The position numbers were made by a program, and so were the translations under genes. The notes beneath the pieces were generated by a model. That model did no database searches. It was not told the DNA's origin and worked only from the letters and a program-made list of their open reading frames with translations. A DNA stretch of 62,912 nt, filler included, from Polymyxa betae A26-41 (taxonomy: Eukaryota > Protista > Endomyxa: Phytomyxea), in NCBI GenBank assembly GCA_003693705.1. It is 5 parts of 5 records of this genome, joined end to end, with 100 filler letters (N's around TTAATTAATTAA, not from the genome) between each part and the next. Parts side by side here need not be neighbours in the genome. Positions count along the whole stretch, not along the records: positions 52,320 to 62,912 come from RBZT01000512.1; 4 more parts are not named here. One strand, given 5' to 3'. Below, in pieces: positions 57,063-62,912 of this stretch (positions are counted from its first letter, which is position 1; the number at the start of each line of letters is the position of its first letter).

Positions 57063-60000
57063 ATATTGATAATGAAAAATGTGCGTTTATATATTATTTT
57101 TTATATATTAGGAATGTTCCGAACCAATTAGGGCACATTCTTAGAAAATGCCTCGATCAGATGCCAATACAGAGCGTTCTGCCCTCTTGTCACTGATCAC
57201 CGTGACGCGCGCTCCAAATTTTCATTGATAACCTTACGCGTATTGGATTATAAAGGGGCGGAATATTGTTCATTGCTATACCGCATTATAAGATTTCCTC
57301 GTCGGAGTAGGACAAGAGGCCGGCGCAGCTAAGAGGCTCGTTCAAGTAGAAAAATTGCGGGAAAAATTGCGGGAATAAAAATTGTAGTGAAAAAGGAGCA
57401 GCCCCCGGAAATTGCGGCACCGCCATTTTTCCGCTATTTCCGGAGGCTGCGCTGTTTCTCTGCCAGCATCTTGGCGTCTCTGGGAAGGCAGTTTGGAGTG
57501 CCCATGTCCGCCCCAACTGCTCCAGCTGAGCTGACCGATACTTCCACACTTGTCTGCAAGCCAAGAGCAATGTTCGATGGAGCAACGAAATGATTTAAAG
57601 TTTTATGGCGGTGAGATTCGACACCTACTGTCAGTTCTTCAAAGAAGTAAAGAACAGCAACAAAGCGCCCATCAAAGCAGCCAATTCGTGATGCGATAGG
57701 TTCATAATTGGCCAAGAAATGCCGCTATTTCTGAGAAATGGACCCCCTGAGGGTCTATTAGAAAATAGCGCCACCGAATTTCAGGGGTCGAAATCTGATT
57801 GGCTCGTTGAATAAATTGCGGTACCGCGTTTGTTACTTGGACCAGTCTCTATGATCCTATTCAATGCGATTATTGGCACCTTCATAATCGATGTGTCAAG
57901 TGGATTTGTGCACGCCGGTACAATGATTGCTATTAATGAGCTGGACTGAATTGGGTTCGACTTTGTTGCTGGTTCAAGAGGCGGTTCTGCTTCCATAACA
58001 CGGGATACGGCGGTTTATCGCCATCATCATTCCGGATGTTCCTACTTCCGTTGCCGGTGCTGGCAGTATTTCACGGATAATGCTCTAAACGGGGCAACAG
58101 AATTTGCGATTGTGACCAGCGATCTTTTGTTCTGTAATCACTCTACCGTGATTTGTTCTGATGTAAATCAGCATCGTTCGCGTAATCTGATTTGAAAGGG
58201 CGAGCTGAACTACTAAGGCAAATCTCAGGAATGCCGGAGAAACGAACGGCATCGCATATTTGTTGAGGACAACAAAGAATGAAACGAATGCGATAGGATA
58301 ACTCTCTCTGAATTTAGCGTGACTATCGAAATGTCATTGTTCAAGAGATGACCGATGAGATTTATCAATGCACTAATGACTAATCGATTTAATTCCATTT
58401 CATTTCTCATACATTACCGCATATTTGCAATGCGTACAGTTATGGGCTCCCATTCCACCTAAAATCCATGCGAATCCGTTGAGCCATGCATTTAAGAGCT
58501 TCATCAAATTAAAAGTGTCGGTAAAAGGCTCTGAAAGTCTTCGAGTCGCAGACCTTTGAGCCTAAAGTTCTGCTGGAGCCTCCGATTGCTGTCAGTTATA
58601 GCCAAAGATCTGTCGAACTTCTCGAAGCCCACTAAAACGACCTCTAAACAATTTCACAGACTTTTGAATTAATCCCTTTTCTGTAGTTCTAAGATTTCAA
58701 TGGAAATTGCACATGATCTGTTCCCAGAGTCAAGTGCTGTATATTTTCAGGCCGATGGGAATTCCGAGCTAGCTCCAAGGAGTTCTCCTTGACCGCAAGA
58801 GAAGTTAAGCATTAGGTGAAGGCCAGCGTTCTGCTCGCAGAGGTTTTTATAACCGGTTTACATCTTCCATTAGCTGATCGATTAAAAATTCAACAGGAAG
58901 AGATCCATAGATTCAAAAAATACATCTGTGTATTCAGCAATTTTTATGTGTGACTGGGTGATCTGACAGACCTTTGCAAAGATCTGTTACATATACGGAC
59001 AGCTGCAAAGATCTGCAAGTGACAGACAGTTAGTGGTCAAAGATCTGTCACATTTGCGGACACCTTTATTATGTAGAGAAGTTGTGCTATCAGCTGCCAA
59101 CATCTTGGTGGCATATCCGAGAGACGGCTTCGCTGTGGAAGCGGTTGGTCTCATCTAGGAGTTCTTCTGCTTGCAATGGAGGAAGATGTAATTCCACATT
59201 GTCACAGAAACAGTCTGCTTGATTTATAACTGCTGGGTTAAAGTCCTTCAATCATGTTGGTATCTCCATAACTTTCACCGAAACGCCCCGTTTTGCTGTT
59301 AGATAGAAAGTATCTACTTATCATAGTATCTTAGTATGTTAAGGATCTGATCTTGTTTATCTTCCTTATGTGCTTGGTAAATCAGGTCTTTGTCGAGTGT
59401 CATAATCCTTTCTTCCTCAGTCATAGTGGAGAAGATAGCCTTTGCTTGGGTAAAATTCGTCTCAAACCATAAACGATAAAAGTTTAGGGATGACTAATGG
59501 AACCTGGAAAGTTCTTCAGGTTTAGAAACCATACCTTGACAGCGATGGATAAAGAGGGCCATGTAACCAAATCGATCAATAGGCAGCTCCATTCCCGGCT
59601 CGTAATCATCGATGGGAAACTCGTTGTCAAATGCTGATCGGGTAATCGATTTCAGCAGAATCTGACGGGCATTGTCAGATTGGCCCATCTTTAGTGATTG
59701 CACATCTTGCATCAACTGATCGAGCTTTCGCTCTGAACGTGTAAGGGGAGCGATAGAACGCGAGCGCGACGGGCGGCCCTATGATGGCGAGGTTAATCGT
59801 TAAATGGTTCCAGAATAGCTTTCGCCAATGTTGGAGTTGGCGGATCTGCCATAGTCTAGATCGTGAGTCAGGATAGAAAGGGAATTCTTTCTAAGGCTGA
59901 ACGATTAAGATAATAGACGACGACTAGGTGTTAGCCTATCTTCTGGCTGCAATACTATCAGCAGAGCAGGGCGTTATCCTGTGGGGACAGTGGGCCTGAT

Positions 60001-61369
60001 GCTAAAAGGTATCCGCCTACAGAGGGAGGCCAACGACCGCTTCCCGACGTTGCTATTGCTAGACTAACGAGAGAGAGAGATACGACGAATGTTAATCTGC
60101 TCAATGAATCCTTGATTCTTCATGTCGAAAATTATGTCTTTAAGGGCTTTATCTTGCTCTTTCAATGAGTGTCTAAGAGGACGATGGCGAATTATAGTAA
60201 AACCGGCGCCCTCATTGCCAGGAAACCTTTTAACGTCCTGATCCGGGATTGGACGTGAGGAGGAGGACGCAACTAGTTTTTTGACTCCTCCTTCTTTACC
60301 ACATTTTTGGCAGCCGCAGGGCTTTTCTTTTAGGGCGGGACGCGGGGATAGGGCGCGATGACTCCTTCTTTAGTAAGATGAGGATCTGATCTTGTTTAGC
60401 TTCCTATCTGGACCTACAAAATTGAAACTTCAAATTTCTCTATTCTTCCATGTTGATAAAAAAAGATGACGATGCGTGCACTCAGGCACCGAATCGTATT
60501 GTTTTCGCACCTTACTCTCTGCAGGCCATGTTGAAATTGCAAACAAAAAAACGAAATTATTTATACACGCTTTAGGAGTATTGATTTTGTATTTGCTGGA
60601 GCTCAGTTTAACAGCAAATCATTCGCCAGGCAATGTATTTAAATCTGTTTCCATCCAGAAACTCTTCTAGACATGGATACTTTTGTATGTGATGTTTCAA
60701 TGCTAAAGCGTGCCAGCCGTATACAACTTTTGGATCCCTTTCCGAAAAATTTTGAACGAAAATAAAATTCTTGGCGAAGCTGCAAATTGCAGAAATTAAG
60801 GCAGATCTGCAATGTATCTGAAACTAAATTCCCATATTGTGGAAGGAGCAGCAGTCGGTAATGGATTGCCGATTGCTATATTATACCATGTCCGCAGCAT
60901 GCTGTCGGCATTTTTTTGTGGGGGTTGTCATCAGAAAGCATTCGCGACATCATCTCAGCATGAGCGATCGCAGTCAAAACAATATCGTTAGCCATAAGCT
61001 GCACAATTCTCGGATCTATCGTTCGCAGAATTCGAACGCGCTTCACCTCCGCATATGAGATCACGGCTGCTTCTCTAGGGATGATCACCGTGACGAAAAT
61101 CCGAGGTATAGTTGAGAACTCTTTGCGAACGGAATCTCGATTCTTCCGCCGACTGAAACTGGGCTGCTCTTCCTCCGGCTGAAATCAGGTTGCGCTTCCG
61201 CCGGGTTTGATGCTTGCGAAGTCATGCGACTGAACCTTCGGGGTTTCCTTCATGATATACATACATGGATGACATATAATAAAACTAAGTCATGACAATG
61301 ATAAAAACTAGTCTTAGCGCAGCAAAAACGTAATCCGCATTTATCGACCAACACCTTTATCTTCTTATC

Positions 61370-62912
61370 ATGCCAGGATCTGAACGGCGCTCCCGATCAC
61401 GATCGCCTTATGCCCGTTATCGCCGACGCTCGCGATCGTGCTATGTTTATTACCAGCGACATCATCACTCCAGCCATTATAGTCTATCGTATGCTCTAGA
61501 TCGTTCAAGGCGCTCGCACCATCGTTCTCGTTCACGAGGCTCTCCCCGTCGTGATCCTTCCCAGCGATTATCGCCTCCCTGTTCCCGTCCTCGGCGTTTA
61601 TCGCCTTCTTGTTCTCGTTCTCGGCGTTTATCGCTTTCTTGTTCTCATTCTCGGCGTTTTCGCCTTCTCGCTCTCGTTCTCGGCGTTTATCGCCTTCTTG
61701 TTCTCGTTCTCGGCGTTTATCGCTTTCTTTTTTCTCATTCTCGGCGTTTTCGCCTTCTCGCTCTCGTTCTCGGCGTTTTTCGCCTAATCGTTCTTGTTCT
61801 CGGCGCCCGTCGCCTCGCTCTCGTTCACCGCGCTCAGAGACGGGCAGCGGCGCTCATTCAGGTCTTGTTACATCAACAACGGTACGATACGGATTTATCC
61901 TGTCTATTCATCACGATTTTAACCTTGGCTATGTATTAGGATGAAACAAATGATGATGATTCTGCGGTAGTGCTGTTTCCTGATGGAAAATTCACGACTT
62001 TCCAAGAATTACACGAAACAGCATCGCGTTTTGCTTTATATTTCGTATTCAGCCTTTCGTTAGACTGTAAAACTTTACCAGTAGTCAGTTTGAAAAAGTT
62101 TTTGGGGCAGACGTGCCTCATCGTGAAGTCAAGAGGCGACGATTCTTCTGTTGTGGACAATGCGGTCGTCCAGGTTCAGACCCTCGCCGGTTCCTTCTGC
62201 ACTTTGGGTTTAATGACGAAGACCGCTGTTATCAGATCAAGAGGGAGCTCTCTTGTCAAAAGCATAGTCAAAATTCTCTAGAGGAATGAAGAGCGACCGT
62301 CTTTGCGAATGCTTATAGATCAGCAGGACCATTTATCTGCCGACGAAATCCAGTATGCAATGGAAATAGGAGCTAACCTTATTCCTGTAGCGAAAGGACG
62401 CCAGATGATGAGACTCAAATTCCCTTCTCGTGATTACAGTGGCTTTCGTCTTGCGAGCCTTCTTCATAAGGGCCTAGACACTGAGTTTGGAGATGACCCG
62501 GAACGTATTTTGAAGCAAAAAACTCGGAGGCCAGTATTGTCGCGAAGGAGGTGTTTACGATTTCAAAGTCGCACACGATTTGAGAGTCACTGATGTCGTA
62601 ATCGCGAAACCTCAATGGTAGATTATATATCACTATATGGGGATTTTACTATCCAGGACGGTACGCATGGGTGTAATGCCTATGCGATGGTGCTGATTAT
62701 AATTACTCTTGTTGATTGCCTTGGACATTCTATCTTGTCGATCTACTCGCTGTTTAGATCTGAGCATTCCGATCACATTCGCTGGGCGCTGAAAGCCCTC
62801 AAGCTAGATAGAGAAGATGCCACATTAATTAGCGCACTTGGCCAGGAGCGTAGAGACGAAGCAGAGTGCTGCCGTTGACGGCCAAGGGCGCAAGGCAAAA
62901 CCAAGGAGTTTT
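61370..62912 (+). pseudogene. Mutator-like (MULE) transposase with RS-repeat N-terminus, frameshifted
   Basis: YGDFTIQDGTHGCNAY..LVDCLG..E...HIRWAL (MULE domain); FTTFQELHETASRFA (FAR1-like start); a phase-0 intron at 61882-61939 links it to the RS repeats. Confidence 0.75.
61560..61810 (+). repeat. 29-30-bp tandem repeat, about 8 units, encoding RRLSPSCSRS
   Basis: Repeated cggcgtttatcgccttcttgttctcgttct with 1-nt length variants. Confidence 0.9.

Noticed and set aside
58438-58452. GTTATGGGCTCCC resembling the Copia PBS
   Set aside because: No LTR homology or gag recognised nearby; at most a very old relic.
61551-61944. Hydrophobic ORFs (FSFSAFIAFL, LLVLVLGV)
   Set aside because: Alternative frames of the RS minisatellite.
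1-62912. tRNA, rRNA, hammerhead ribozyme or prokaryotic operon/defence system
   Set aside because: None recognised by eye; the CTGATGA hits I checked lacked the flanking stems and GAAA core. A tRNAscan/Infernal run would be needed to exclude them.

Overview
This is eukaryotic, intron-containing, transposon-rich DNA, not a prokaryotic locus. The window is five contigs joined by four identical artificial 100-bp spacers (N44-TTAATTAATTAA-N44 at 16469, 25794, 37158 and 52220), so adjacency across the spacers is unproven. Short GT-AG introns, a secreted ankyrin-repeat gene and a ciliary IQCE-like gene suggest a flagellated parasitic protist such as a plasmodiophorid; this is inference only. Likely host genes are a signal-peptide + F-box + ankyrin protein next to a BTB/POZ protein, a head-to-head pair of 4-exon membrane-protein paralogues, two copies of an exon-modular repeat gene, a multi-pass membrane protein, an IQCE-like coiled-coil protein, an SDR with Asp in place of the catalytic Tyr, and a type I membrane protein. 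Mobile DNA includes a decayed LINE (APE-RT-RNase H), two Mutator/FAR1 elements (one split by a solo LTR with a 5-bp TSD, one carrying an RS-repeat N-terminus), a chromodomain Ty3/Gypsy element with an internal inversion and a nested hAT, a Copia element with LTR and PBS, further Copia and Gypsy relics, and Tc1/IS630, pogo and Harbinger-like fragments. The best novelty candidates are the secreted F-box-ankyrin/BTB pair and the exon-module gene family. All domain calls are from motif recognition by eye, not database searches.
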